NCBI GenBank assembly: GCA_902826065.1
Contig: CADEDM010000002.1
Location: 2,829-66,828, forward strand
Length of the DNA stretch: 64,000 nt
Source: an uncultured Acidobacteriota bacterium
Lineage (GTDB): Bacteria > Acidobacteriota > Vicinamibacteria > Vicinamibacterales > UBA2999
Reading direction: 5' to 3'
In this document: piece by piece, positions 31,643-40,617 of the stretch
Layout: each line of letters begins with the position of its first letter
How positions within the stretch are numbered: position 1 is the first letter of the stretch
Notes under the pieces: model-generated
What the model was told of the DNA's origin: nothing
Database searches by the model: none
The model's input: the letters and a program-made list of their open reading frames with translations, nothing else
Program-made: the position numbers and the translations under genes

Positions 31643-33004
31643 TCATGCCGGTGGGGACGCCACCGGCGCTGGTCCCTCCAGCACGTCTCGCCGTGGCGAC
31701 GCCGCCACCGCCTGGTCAGTGGCGTCCGCGACGACCTTGGCCGTCGCGAGCGACTGCTGACGGCGGCCGAGCCAGAGGCCCAGCATCGTCCATCCCAGGC
31801 CGAGCGGCACGGCCAGCCCCGCGAGGCCGGCGAGGCCGAAGCCCAGCATCGCCAGGCCGCCTTCGGTCCAGGCGCCGATGACATCGCCGCCCCGGTAGAC
31901 GAACGTGTCCGTGAACGCCTTGGCCTTGTACTTCTCCTCCCGCGTCACCACCGTGAACAGGGTCTCCCGCGCCGGTCGCGTCACCGCCCGCTGGATGGCC
32001 CTGAAGCCGGCATCGAAGAGCACCAGCACCGCGAACGACCCGGCGATCGCCAGACCCAGGAAGCCGAGCGACACGAGCACCGGCAGCATCGCCAGCGCTA
32101 CGGCCACGCCGAGCCGCTTCATCAGGTGGCCGGTCACGACCGCCTGCAGCACCAGCGTGGTCACCTGGGTGATGAGATCGATCTGCGCGAACACGGTCGC
32201 GCGCATGTCGGTGTCGTCGCCCAGGGCCGCCACCATCTGGAGGCGCGTGAAGTAGATGAACGTGGCCGTCACCGTCATCAGCAGCACGTAGATCGAGATG
32301 CCCGAGAGGTAGCCGCTGCGGAAGACGGAACCGATGCCGGCCCACGCGTTGCCGCCGATGACCGCCCGCTCGTCGGCACCGGCGGCACCGGCCTCGAGCC
32401 CGGGCTGCAGCCACGCCACCGTCCACGCCGCGACGATCGCCAGGACCAGGAACGCCGCCGAGACCAGCAACATCGACGCCGTCCCCAGCGGCTTGACGAG
32501 CAGGCTCGCCAGCCACGGGCCGGCGATCGCGCCCAGCGTCCCGCCCACGGCAATCACGCCGAACAGCCGCTTGCTCTGCTCGAGCGTGAAGCGGTCGGCC
32601 ATCAACGCCCAGAACAGCATCGTGCTGAACAGGTTGAAGACGCTGAACCAGACGTAGAAGACGCGGCCGCTGGCCTCGCCCACGGCGCTTGGTGCCAGCG
32701 TCAGCAGCAGGTAGAACGCCACCAGGCTGGCGGCGAAGAACCCGTAGGTGGCCGTGATGAACACCAGCCGCCGGAAGCGGCTCACCAGCCACCCGAACAG
32801 CGGATTCACCGCCAAAGTGACCAGCGCCGTGCCGATGAAGAGCCAGCGGATCGCGTCGAGCCCGCTGCGCATGCCGAGCGCGTCCCGAGCCGGACGCAGC
32901 ACCATCAGCGCCGTCAGCACGAAGAAGAAGTAGAGCGCGGCGGCGGTGAGCGGCGCGACCTCGTCGCGCCGGACGTTGAAGAGGCGTTGCGTGAACGACT
33001 GCAT
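31643..33004 (-). CDS. MFS-fold transporter resembling the ATP:ADP antiporter (TLC/Npt1-like) family
   Basis: About 12 TM segments. The N-terminus LFNVRRDEVAPLTAAALYFFFVLTALMVLRPARDALGM matches the TLC-type N-terminal pattern as I recall it. Substrate unknown. Confidence 0.8.
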   Translation of the reverse strand: MQSFTQRLFNVRRDEVAPLTAAALYFFFVLTALMVLRPARDALGMRSGLDAIRWLFIGTALVTLAVNPLFGWLVSRFRRLVFITATYGFFAASLVAFYLLLTLAPSAVGEASGRVFYVWFSVFNLFSTMLFWALMADRFTLEQSKRLFGVIAVGGTLGAIAGPWLASLLVKPLGTASMLLVSAAFLVLAIVAAWTVAWLQPGLEAGAAGADERAVIGGNAWAGIGSVFRSGYLSGISIYVLLMTVTATFIYFTRLQMVAALGDDTDMRATVFAQIDLITQVTTLVLQAVVTGHLMKRLGVAVALAMLPVLVSLGFLGLAIAGSFAVLVLFDAGFRAIQRAVTRPARETLFTVVTREEKYKAKAFTDTFVYRGGDVIGAWTEGGLAMLGFGLAGLAGLAVPLGLGWTMLGLWLGRRQQSLATAKVVADATDQAVAASPRRDVLEGPAPVASPPA

Positions 33005-33055
33005 GGCGGGCCCTCGATCCGCGACGAGTCTAAGCCGATGCGCGCATTGGGGTTG

Positions 33056-33101
33056 ATACCCGGTTCAGGTTATTGACGGCCCCCCGGCCCCCCGGTAGCC
33101 T
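33056..33101 (+). promoter_or_regulatory. Palindrome ATACCC-N6-GGTTAT fused to a sigma70-like promoter (TTGACG-N17-TAGCCT)
   Basis: The sequence read directly is ATACCCggttcaGGTTATTGACGgccccccggccccccggTAGCCT. It lies 128 nt upstream of the TonB-receptor ATG at 33229. The geometry matches the sites at 41940, 44807, 56716 and 56791. Confidence 0.6.
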
Positions 33102-33228
33102 GCGGGTCCCGTGGCGTGACGATAGGGATTTGGCATGGTTCGCGGCTGGCGCGACGCCCCCTCGAGCACGCCGAAGGGCGACTGAGCGCCATGTCGACGA
33201 AGCAGGGAAAAGGACGAACGAGGTGGTC

Positions 33229-36162
33229 ATGATGACGCAGTTCACTCGAAGACTCGCGGCGGTCGTCGCGTCGAGTCTGATCGCCTGTGTCGCGGCCGTC
33301 CCGGCCGCTGCGCAGACCACGACGACCAACTCCGGGATTCAGGGAGCCGTGGCCGACGACACCGGCAGCGCGCTGCCCGGCGTGACGGTCACGATCACGA
33401 GCCCGGCGTTGCTGGCACCGCAGGAGACGATCACCAGCGACGCCGGACGGTACCGCTTCACCACGCTGCCAGGTGGCGTCTACACGGTGAAGTTCCAGCT
33501 CACCGGGTTCAAGACGGTCGAGCGTGAGAACGTGCAGGTCGCCGCGAACTTCGTCGCCAGCATCGACGCGAAGATGGAGCTGGGCGGCATCGAGGAGACC
33601 ATCACGGTGGTCGGCGAATCGCCGGTCGTCGACACGCGCACGGTCGCCGCCGTCTCGACGATCAAGACCGAGAGCTGGGAGCTGCTGCCGTCATCGCGCA
33701 GCTACGAGGACATGGGCAAGCTGGCGCCCGGCATCCGCGTCAGCGGCATTCCCGACGTCGGCGGCAGCAAGACCGGCGGCGGCCGCGGCTCGCTCATCAA
33801 CTACGGATCGAACCAGGGCGGCAGCACGCTGATGTTCGACGGCGTGAACACCGACGGCGTGGCCGGCTACTACGACGTCGGCGCCATCGAAGAGATGGTC
33901 ATCCGGGCCGCCGGCAACGACCCCGAGATCGCCACGCCGGGCATGACGTTCCAGACCATCGTCAAGTCGGGCGGCAACCAGTTCCATGGCATGGCGTTCG
34001 GGGCCTTCCAGACGCGCAGCATGCAGGGCAACAACGTCACCGATGCCCTGCGGGCCCAGCGCGTCACCGCCGGCAACCCGATGGACCACTACTTCGACGT
34101 CAACGCCTCGCTGGGTGGACGGCTGATCCGCGACAAGCTGTGGTTCTTCACCAGCATCCGCAACAAGGAGTACGTCGACGAGCCGATCGGCTTCGCCCGT
34201 GACCCCGGCCCCGACGGCCTGTGGTGGACCGGCGACGAGCCGGCCGGCCAGGTCAAGAACAGCGAGTCCTCGGGGAAGAAGCCGTCCGGCGTCAAACTGA
34301 AGTACCAGCTGTCGAACACCCAGGCGCTGTCGTACATGCACTTCGCCAACACGAAGTACTTCGACGGCAACGACGCCGACCTGAACCACAACGGCGACTC
34401 GGTGCACCCGCAGGTGCACTGGAACCAGATCTACAACGCGGAATACACGTTGTTCCCGACCCGCAACGGCGTGTTCACGACGTCGTTCGGCAACGCCGGA
34501 TGGCACTCGCGTCACGTGCCCAACGACAGCGTCGGCGCGCGCACGCTGCAGAGCGCCTTCGACACCGTCACCCTGCGCTGGACCGGGCCCGGCTTCGACA
34601 ACAAGTCGGCCGGCGTCGACGAGCCGACGCCCACCGGCAACAAGAGCTACCGCTACCAGTGGGTCGCCAACTACTCGCACTTCGTTCCGCGCCTGCTCGG
34701 CATGGAGCATGACATCAAGACCGGGTTCTACGTCGCGCAGGACGCCTACAATCGCTTCCAGCGCGTGCGCTCCGACGACGAAGGCGGCGCCAACCACGAC
34801 TACCTGGCGGTCTTCGCCAACGGCGTGCCGATCGAAGTCGTCACCTACAACTCGCCGTTCGTCGCCCAGAACAGCGTCGGCCATCAGAGCTGGTTCATCC
34901 GCGACAACTTCCGCGTCGGTGACAAGCTCACGTTCAATGCCGGCATCCGCCTCGAGCGCTACCACGTCTACCTGCCGGAGCAGTCGAAGGAAGCCGGCCA
35001 GTTCTCGCAGGCCGCCAGCTTCGCCTACAAGTCGCTCTACGACTGGCGCGACTGGGCGCCACGCGTCGGGCTGTCCTACGCCATCAACAACAAGACCGTG
35101 GTGAAAGCGGCGTGGGGCCGCTTCAACTTCGCGATCCGTGCCGACACCGCCGGCGTGGTCCGCCCGTTCAACCTGAACGACCACACGCAGCGCCGCTACC
35201 GCTGGAACGACCTCAACGGCGACGGCATCTTCAATGGCACGTTCAATCAGGCCACGGGCGCGGTTGGCGGGGAGTTCGGCAACTTCATCGGCACCGACCC
35301 CGGCACCGGCTCGTCGAGCCAGATCCTGAACCAGGACCTGAAGCAGCCGAAGACCGACGAGTTCACGGTCTTCGTCGAGCGCGAGGTGATGAGCGCGCTG
35401 TCGGCGCGCGTCGGCTACGTCTACAAGACGCAGTTCGACCGCTACCAGGTGGTGAACCTCGACCGGCCGTACGACGCGTTCAACGTGCCGGTGACCGCCC
35501 GCGACCCCGGTCCCGACGGCGTGCTGAACAGCGCCGACGACGGCGCCTCGGTGACGTACTACGACCTGAACCCCGCCAATCGGGGCAAGGAAACCCTGAT
35601 GGCGATCAACCCGGACGGGTTCACCGACCGGTATCACAACATCGACGTCGCCCTGACCAAGCGCCTGTCGCGTGGCTACCAGTACGCGGTGACCTACCTG
35701 GGCACGAAGCGCAACGCCTTCACCGGTGGCGTCTTCCCGATGGACCCCAACGCGGCCACCTTCTTCGCGAAGGACCAGTCGTGGGAGCACACCTTCCGCG
35801 CCAGCGGCAGCGTGTCACTGCCGCTCGGCTTCATGGCCTCGTCGGTCTACGAGATCCAGAGCGGCACGGCCCAGGCGCGTGACGTGCAGTTCCGCACCGG
35901 CCTGCCCACCTTGAGCAGCCTGACGCTGCGGATGGAGCCGGTCGGCTCGGTGCGCCTGCCGGCGGTGAAGCTGCTCAACGTGCGCGCCGCCAAGCGGTTC
36001 TCGCTGCGGGGGCAGAACGTGACCCTCGAGTGGGACCTGTTCAACGCCCTGAACTCGAACTCCGCGACCAACATCACGCGGCGGTCGGGTCCGAACTTCA
36101 ACCGTATCAACGCCATCCTGCCGCCGCGCGTGATGCGGCTGGGTCTGGTCTACTCCTTCTAG
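33229..36162 (+). CDS. TonB-dependent receptor with N-terminal carboxypeptidase-regulatory-like domain
   Basis: The start is set to ATG 33229 (MMTQFTRRLAAVVASSLIACVAAVPAAAQ), preceded by an AGGACGAACGAGG RBS-like stretch. CarboxypepD_reg-like IQGAVADDTGSALPGVTVTITSP...GRYRFTTLPGGVYTVKFQLTGF. It ends in LVYSF (terminal Phe). Confidence 0.9.
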   Translation: MMTQFTRRLAAVVASSLIACVAAVPAAAQTTTTNSGIQGAVADDTGSALPGVTVTITSPALLAPQETITSDAGRYRFTTLPGGVYTVKFQLTGFKTVERENVQVAANFVASIDAKMELGGIEETITVVGESPVVDTRTVAAVSTIKTESWELLPSSRSYEDMGKLAPGIRVSGIPDVGGSKTGGGRGSLINYGSNQGGSTLMFDGVNTDGVAGYYDVGAIEEMVIRAAGNDPEIATPGMTFQTIVKSGGNQFHGMAFGAFQTRSMQGNNVTDALRAQRVTAGNPMDHYFDVNASLGGRLIRDKLWFFTSIRNKEYVDEPIGFARDPGPDGLWWTGDEPAGQVKNSESSGKKPSGVKLKYQLSNTQALSYMHFANTKYFDGNDADLNHNGDSVHPQVHWNQIYNAEYTLFPTRNGVFTTSFGNAGWHSRHVPNDSVGARTLQSAFDTVTLRWTGPGFDNKSAGVDEPTPTGNKSYRYQWVANYSHFVPRLLGMEHDIKTGFYVAQDAYNRFQRVRSDDEGGANHDYLAVFANGVPIEVVTYNSPFVAQNSVGHQSWFIRDNFRVGDKLTFNAGIRLERYHVYLPEQSKEAGQFSQAASFAYKSLYDWRDWAPRVGLSYAINNKTVVKAAWGRFNFAIRADTAGVVRPFNLNDHTQRRYRWNDLNGDGIFNGTFNQATGAVGGEFGNFIGTDPGTGSSSQILNQDLKQPKTDEFTVFVEREVMSALSARVGYVYKTQFDRYQVVNLDRPYDAFNVPVTARDPGPDGVLNSADDGASVTYYDLNPANRGKETLMAINPDGFTDRYHNIDVALTKRLSRGYQYAVTYLGTKRNAFTGGVFPMDPNAATFFAKDQSWEHTFRASGSVSLPLGFMASSVYEIQSGTAQARDVQFRTGLPTLSSLTLRMEPVGSVRLPAVKLLNVRAAKRFSLRGQNVTLEWDLFNALNSNSATNITRRSGPNFNRINAILPPRVMRLGLVYSF

Positions 36163-36188
36163 CCGCGCCGCGGCCGGAGAATCCGCAT

Positions 36189-36224
36189 GAGCCGGCGGTC
36201 GGGGGCGATCCCCTCCGCCGGCTC
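36189..36224 (+). terminator. Strong GC stem-loop between the TonB receptor and the UxuA-like gene (attenuator or terminator candidate)
   Basis: GAGCCGGCGG-tcgggggcgatcccct-CCGCCGGCTC has a perfect 10-bp outer stem plus an inner GGGG/CCCC pairing. There is no U-tract. Confidence 0.4.
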
Positions 36225-36277
36225 GTCGTGCACCATGAGCCCCGCGGCGCGCCCGCGGTCGAGGAAGGAAGAGCGTC

Positions 36278-37594
36278 ATGAAGAAGGTCGAAGAAGCGTT
36301 GGATCAGTCGCGCGAGACGATGGCGGCGGACCTGGAATACCAGGAGTTCCGCCAGCGCTACAAGGGTGAGCTGGAGTACTTCAAGACGCCGGGTCACCGG
36401 TTCTCGCGGCGCACCCTGGGGCGTCTGGCGATGGGCGGCGCAGCGGCGGCCACCGCGCTCGGCAACGTGCGGGCCCTGAATGCCGCGGCCCGCGACGTCC
36501 TGAACGACGGCACCGGCGTCAAGCTCTGCCATCGCCCGATCGGCAACAGCACCAAGCCGTCGGATGACGATCTGCGCTTCATCAAGGAGATCGGCTTCAA
36601 GTGGTGCTACGCCAACGGCCGCGGCGCCGACGGCAGCTTCATGTCGGTGGATGAGCAGAAGGCGGCGAAGAAGCGCTACGCCGACGCCGGCCTGGCACTG
36701 CACAACATCCGCTACATCCTCGGGGGACGCGGCAACTACGCGCTGAACACGCTGCTGCTCGACCTGCCCGGCCGCGCCGAGGCGACCGAACATCTGAAGC
36801 AGTTCATCAAGGCCACGGGGAAGAACGGCGCCGGCTTCGACTACACGGGCTCGCGCCTGATGATCACGGGCGTGTGGGCCAGCGGCGAGGTCGACATCCG
36901 CGCCGGCTCCATGTCGCGCCAGTTCGATCCGGCGTCGCCCGAGGTGCGCGGCAGCGACTTCCTCGGCATGATGGAGAAGGGCGCGAAGCGTCCGGCGCAC
37001 GGCCTCAACACGCTCTACTGGGGCCGCGAGTACAAGTACGACGAGGTGATGACGCACTTCAAGAATCACTTCGTGAAGGACATCGTGCCGGTGCTGGAGG
37101 AAGAAGGCGTGTTCATCGCCTTCCACGGCCCCGATGACCCGCCGGGATTCGAGAGCCTCGGCGGTGTCGCCCGCGTGCTGGCCAACTACCAGCGCATCAA
37201 GAACATGTTCGCGGCGGCCAACAGCGACTACGTCGGCATCCAGTTCTGCGCCGGCAGCTGGAACGAGGGCGGCCCGCTCATGGGCAAGGACATCCTCGAG
37301 GCGCTGAAGGAGTTCGCGACGCTGCGCAAGTACCGCGAGATCCACTACCGCAACGTGTCGAGTCCGCCGGTCAACGGACAGCCGAAGTTCAACGAGGTGT
37401 TCGTCGACGCCGGCTACTACGACTACTACAAGATCATGAAGACGGTCGTGGACATCGGCTGGGACGGCCTGGTGCACCTCGATCACGCGCCCGACATGGT
37501 GGGCGCGCCGTACACCTATCCGGCCTACGCCGCGGGCTTCATGCACGGCATGCTGCAGCGCGCGAAGAACTCACCGAAGGGGCTGACCTCGTAG
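36278..37594 (+). CDS. UxuA (mannonate dehydratase)-like TIM-barrel protein with internal twin-arginine signal-like segment
   Basis: GGAAGGAAG RBS followed by ATG. FSRRTLGRLAMGGAAAATALG lies about 42 aa from the N-terminus. C-terminal motifs REIHYRNV and GLVHLDHAPDM are homologous to the 55551-56672 paralog (FNIHLRNI, MLCPDHVPEH). Confidence 0.83.
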   Translation: MKKVEEALDQSRETMAADLEYQEFRQRYKGELEYFKTPGHRFSRRTLGRLAMGGAAAATALGNVRALNAAARDVLNDGTGVKLCHRPIGNSTKPSDDDLRFIKEIGFKWCYANGRGADGSFMSVDEQKAAKKRYADAGLALHNIRYILGGRGNYALNTLLLDLPGRAEATEHLKQFIKATGKNGAGFDYTGSRLMITGVWASGEVDIRAGSMSRQFDPASPEVRGSDFLGMMEKGAKRPAHGLNTLYWGREYKYDEVMTHFKNHFVKDIVPVLEEEGVFIAFHGPDDPPGFESLGGVARVLANYQRIKNMFAAANSDYVGIQFCAGSWNEGGPLMGKDILEALKEFATLRKYREIHYRNVSSPPVNGQPKFNEVFVDAGYYDYYKIMKTVVDIGWDGLVHLDHAPDMVGAPYTYPAYAAGFMHGMLQRAKNSPKGLTS

Positions 37595-37608
37595 CCCCGG
37601 GGCTCCGG

Positions 37609-37633
37609 CCGGCGGCGACTCCACCGCCGCCGG
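37609..37633 (+). terminator. GC stem-loop after the UxuA-like gene
   Basis: CCGGCGGCG-actccac-CGCCGCCGG has a perfect 9-bp stem 15 nt after the stop. Confidence 0.35.
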
Positions 37634-37718
37634 TCGGACACCCCTTCTCGTGGCGGTCCGCCCGCCCGTGTCCGCCCGTGCGTCCTCCGCACGGTCTCTC
37701 GCATCCTGGAGCCGCATC

Positions 37719-39590
37719 ATGGGCAAGCCGCGCTCGCGTCCCGTCAACCGGCGGGATTTCATCACCAAGGGCGCCGCCGCCGGCGTGGCCGCCACCGCGA
37801 TGGCCGGGCTCGGCGCCACGGTGCCGGACGCCGAGGCGCAGACGCCGCGCCAGTGGGACCTCGAGGCCGACGTCGTGGTGATCGGATCAGGCGCCACCGG
37901 CCTGCCGGCGGCCATCCGTGCCCGCGACAAGGGCGCCAGCGTGATCGTCGTCGAGGCCAACTACGACGTCGGCGGGCACGGCATCCTGAGCGGCGGCAGC
38001 CTGCCGCTGGGCGGCGGCACGAGCTGGCAGAAGCAGCACGGCATCGAGGACTCGCCCGACCAGGTGTTCCGCGACCTCACCGACTGGTCGGTGGTGCTGC
38101 CGCACGGCATCGCCGACTACCGCTACAACGACCGCGAGGTGCAGCGCGCCTTCGCCGACAACTGCGCCGCGACCTTCGAGTTCCTGATCGCCAACGGCAT
38201 CGTGGTCCGGCCGCCGGCGTTCGACTCCGGATCGGTGGGCCTGTCGGCGTTGCGGATGTCCGCGCCCGTGCTCGAGGGCGTGAACGTGCCCAGCCCGATG
38301 AGCCCGGGCGGCGGGCGCGGGGCCGCCAACATCCGGCCGCTCGAAGCCAGCGCGCGCGCCAAGGGCGTGCGCTTCCTGCTGAATTACCACATGGATAGGA
38401 TCCATCGTGAGTCGCCCACCGCGGGGCGCGTGCTGGGGCTCGAAGCCAGCTACAAGCCGCGATTCCTGCCCGGCAGCACGACGCGCATGGAGAGCTATCG
38501 CTCGGAGGGCAACATCGACCTGCGCAAGCCGACCGTGAACGTGCGCGCCCGCCGCGCCGTGATCATCGCCAGCGGCGGCAGCTCGAGCAACGTGAACTTC
38601 CGTCGCATCTTCGACCCCCGTCTCACGGAGGAACATCAGGTGGGCGGGGAGCCGTATTCGTTCCAGGACGCCAGCGGTGAGCTCGCGGCGATGTCGATCG
38701 GGGCATCGCTGTGGGGCACGGCGAACGCCTTCGAACGGCGCCGCGTCATCATGAAGCGCAACGTCGTCGGCGCGCAGTACACCTACACGCAGTGGGGGCC
38801 CAACAGCCCGCTGTTCCCGTTCACGCGCGCCCGCGGGCTCAACATCGGCATCCCGGGCTGGCAGCACGTGATCAGCGTCAACCAGGTGGGCAAGCGCTTC
38901 TGCGACGAGACGCACGGCGAGCTGCCCGACGGCACCGGCTACGGCCTGATCGAGAACTACGTGCCCGGCAGCGTGCGCAACACGAAGGCCAAGCCGCACG
39001 CCAACGCCGACGGCGTGAAGCAGGAGACGCCGCTCTACGTGCACGCCGCGCTGGCGATGAACGAAGGCTCGATGCCGCCCGACTACGCCGCCGGCCCCGT
39101 GTGGGTGATTTTCGACGCCGCCGCCGCCGCGCGCCGCAAGTGGAACGTCGAGCCGCCCAACGTCGACCTCGACCAGGGCTATTTCTTCGTCGCCGACACC
39201 CTCGAGGAGCTGGCCCGCCAGGTCACCCGCAACAAGTACCAGAAGGTGCCGATGCCGCCGGCCAACCTCGCGGCCACCGTGGCGCGCTACAACTCGTTCG
39301 TCGACCTCGGCCGCGACGAGGACTTCGACAAGCCGACGCCGCGCTACAAGATCGACACCCCGCCCTTCTACGCTGCCTGGGGCACCCCGGTGTGCCACGA
39401 CACGGTCACCGGCCTGCGCATCAACGGACGGTGTCAGGTGCTCGACCTGCGCGGCCAGGTGATTCCCGGCCTGTATTGCGGCGGCGAGTCGGCCGGCGGC
39501 AGCAACCAGCACGGCTGGGGCCGGTGTTCCTGCCAGGGCTACATCTCCGGTGGCAACGCCGCCGAGGACGTCGCCACGACGAGCCGCTAG
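37719..39590 (+). CDS. Tat-signal FAD-dependent oxidoreductase (fumarate reductase/KstD-like flavoprotein fold)
   Basis: The start is set to ATG 37719 (MGKPRSRPVNRRDFITKGAAAGVAATAMAGLG, a twin-arginine signal). FAD Rossmann DVVVIGSGATGLPAAIRARDKGASVIVVEANYDVGGH. The C-terminal motif is GLYCGGESAGG. Confidence 0.88.
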   Translation: MGKPRSRPVNRRDFITKGAAAGVAATAMAGLGATVPDAEAQTPRQWDLEADVVVIGSGATGLPAAIRARDKGASVIVVEANYDVGGHGILSGGSLPLGGGTSWQKQHGIEDSPDQVFRDLTDWSVVLPHGIADYRYNDREVQRAFADNCAATFEFLIANGIVVRPPAFDSGSVGLSALRMSAPVLEGVNVPSPMSPGGGRGAANIRPLEASARAKGVRFLLNYHMDRIHRESPTAGRVLGLEASYKPRFLPGSTTRMESYRSEGNIDLRKPTVNVRARRAVIIASGGSSSNVNFRRIFDPRLTEEHQVGGEPYSFQDASGELAAMSIGASLWGTANAFERRRVIMKRNVVGAQYTYTQWGPNSPLFPFTRARGLNIGIPGWQHVISVNQVGKRFCDETHGELPDGTGYGLIENYVPGSVRNTKAKPHANADGVKQETPLYVHAALAMNEGSMPPDYAAGPVWVIFDAAAAARRKWNVEPPNVDLDQGYFFVADTLEELARQVTRNKYQKVPMPPANLAATVARYNSFVDLGRDEDFDKPTPRYKIDTPPFYAAWGTPVCHDTVTGLRINGRCQVLDLRGQVIPGLYCGGESAGGSNQHGWGRCSCQGYISGGNAAEDVATTSR

Positions 39591-39592
39591 CC

Positions 39593-40564
39593 GTGGCCGC
39601 GTCCCCGCCCCGGTCGCTCGGCCACGCAGTGACGATCGGCGTGCGTCCGGCCGTGCCGGCGGCCGTCGACGCCGGCGCCGCGCTCACAGTGCGTCTGTTC
39701 GTCGCCTGCCGTTCGGGCTGCGACCTGCGCGGCCGCATCGTGCGCCTGGTGGCCCCCGATGGCGCCGTCACCGTCCACGAGCTGACCGGCCACGTCGACG
39801 GCACCACCGTCACCGACGAGATCTGCGTGCACACGCCGCACGCGGCCGGGGTCTCGACCTGGGGCCTCGTGTTTCCCGGCCATGCGGCCGGCCGTGTGAC
39901 CCACGACGCGGCGGCGGTCGCCATGGACGTCGATGTGCGGCCTCACGACACCAGCGTCGTGGTGTGGGACGTCCCGTCACCCGTGCCGGTGGGCACGCCG
40001 TTCACCGTCAAGGTCGGCGTCCGCTGTGCCACGCTGTGCCGCCTGACCGGGCACGCCGTGGAGGTGCGGGCCGACGGCGTCACCGTGGGCCGCGGCACGC
40101 TGGGCGCGCTGCCGTGGCCCGACACGCGCGGGCTGCACTGGGCCGAGGTGCCGGTGGTCGCCCCTGCGACGCCGGGCCTGGCACATTGGGCCGGCATCTT
40201 CACCGGCGTCAACGCCACACCCGACCATCGTGCCTCGCAGGCGCCGTTCACCTTCAGGGTCGAGCCGCCGCCGGCCCACCGGGTGGCGCTGACCGTGACC
40301 GTCCGGGACACCGGCGCGCCACTCGGGGGCGCCGACGTGCGCGTCGGCGTGTACCGGGCGGTCACGGACGCCGCCGGCCAGGCCGACGTGCCGGTGCCGG
40401 CGGGGTCGTACGATGTCGTGGTGGAGACCGATGGATTCGCCGGTCATCTGCCCGGGCTCGACGTGCACGGCGACGTGTCCGTGACTGTCGCGGCCGTGCG
40501 CACGCCGACCGAGGCCGAGGAGCACGAGGCGCTGGAGCGCTACGAAGCCAGTCAGTGGGGATGA
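39593..40564 (+). CDS. Hypothetical protein: two about 105-aa repeats each with a CxxxC pair, plus a carboxypeptidase-regulatory-like beta-sandwich. No signal peptide.
   Basis: GTG 39593 lies 3 nt after the flavoprotein stop, in the frame of track ORF 38711-40564. Only the part downstream of 39593 looks protein-like. Repeat cores are LTVRLFVACRSGCDLRGRIVRLVAPDGAV and FTVKVGVRCATLCRLTGHAVEVRADGVTV. The C-terminal stretch is TVTVRDTGAPLGGADVRVGVYRAVTDAAGQADVPVPAGSYDVVVETDGF. Confidence 0.62.
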   Translation: MAASPPRSLGHAVTIGVRPAVPAAVDAGAALTVRLFVACRSGCDLRGRIVRLVAPDGAVTVHELTGHVDGTTVTDEICVHTPHAAGVSTWGLVFPGHAAGRVTHDAAAVAMDVDVRPHDTSVVVWDVPSPVPVGTPFTVKVGVRCATLCRLTGHAVEVRADGVTVGRGTLGALPWPDTRGLHWAEVPVVAPATPGLAHWAGIFTGVNATPDHRASQAPFTFRVEPPPAHRVALTVTVRDTGAPLGGADVRVGVYRAVTDAAGQADVPVPAGSYDVVVETDGFAGHLPGLDVHGDVSVTVAAVRTPTEAEEHEALERYEASQWG

Positions 40565-40617
40565 GAGCGAGATCGCCACGCCAGCCAGCCGCGGCGGACC
40601 GGCGTGACGACCTCCTG

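Noticed and set aside
33079-33095. Tandem GGCCCCCC GGCCCCCC repeat, considered as a possible repeat element or CRISPR-like signal
   Set aside because: There are only two 8-nt units, and they exactly fill the 17-nt spacer of a promoter-like TTGACG/TAGCCT pair. No further copies or spacers exist, so it is not a CRISPR array.
33102-33228. Possible cobalamin or TPP riboswitch in the 128-nt leader of the TonB-dependent receptor
   Set aside because: There is no B12 box and no TPP-type CUGAGA/ACCCU core in a plausible arrangement. A single CTGAG pentamer is not evidence.
38711-40564. 617-aa track ORF read as one protein
   Set aside because: Its first 294 codons overlap the FAD oxidoreductase gene out of frame and are Arg/Pro-rich. 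Only the part after GTG 39593, directly behind the flavoprotein stop, looks like real protein.
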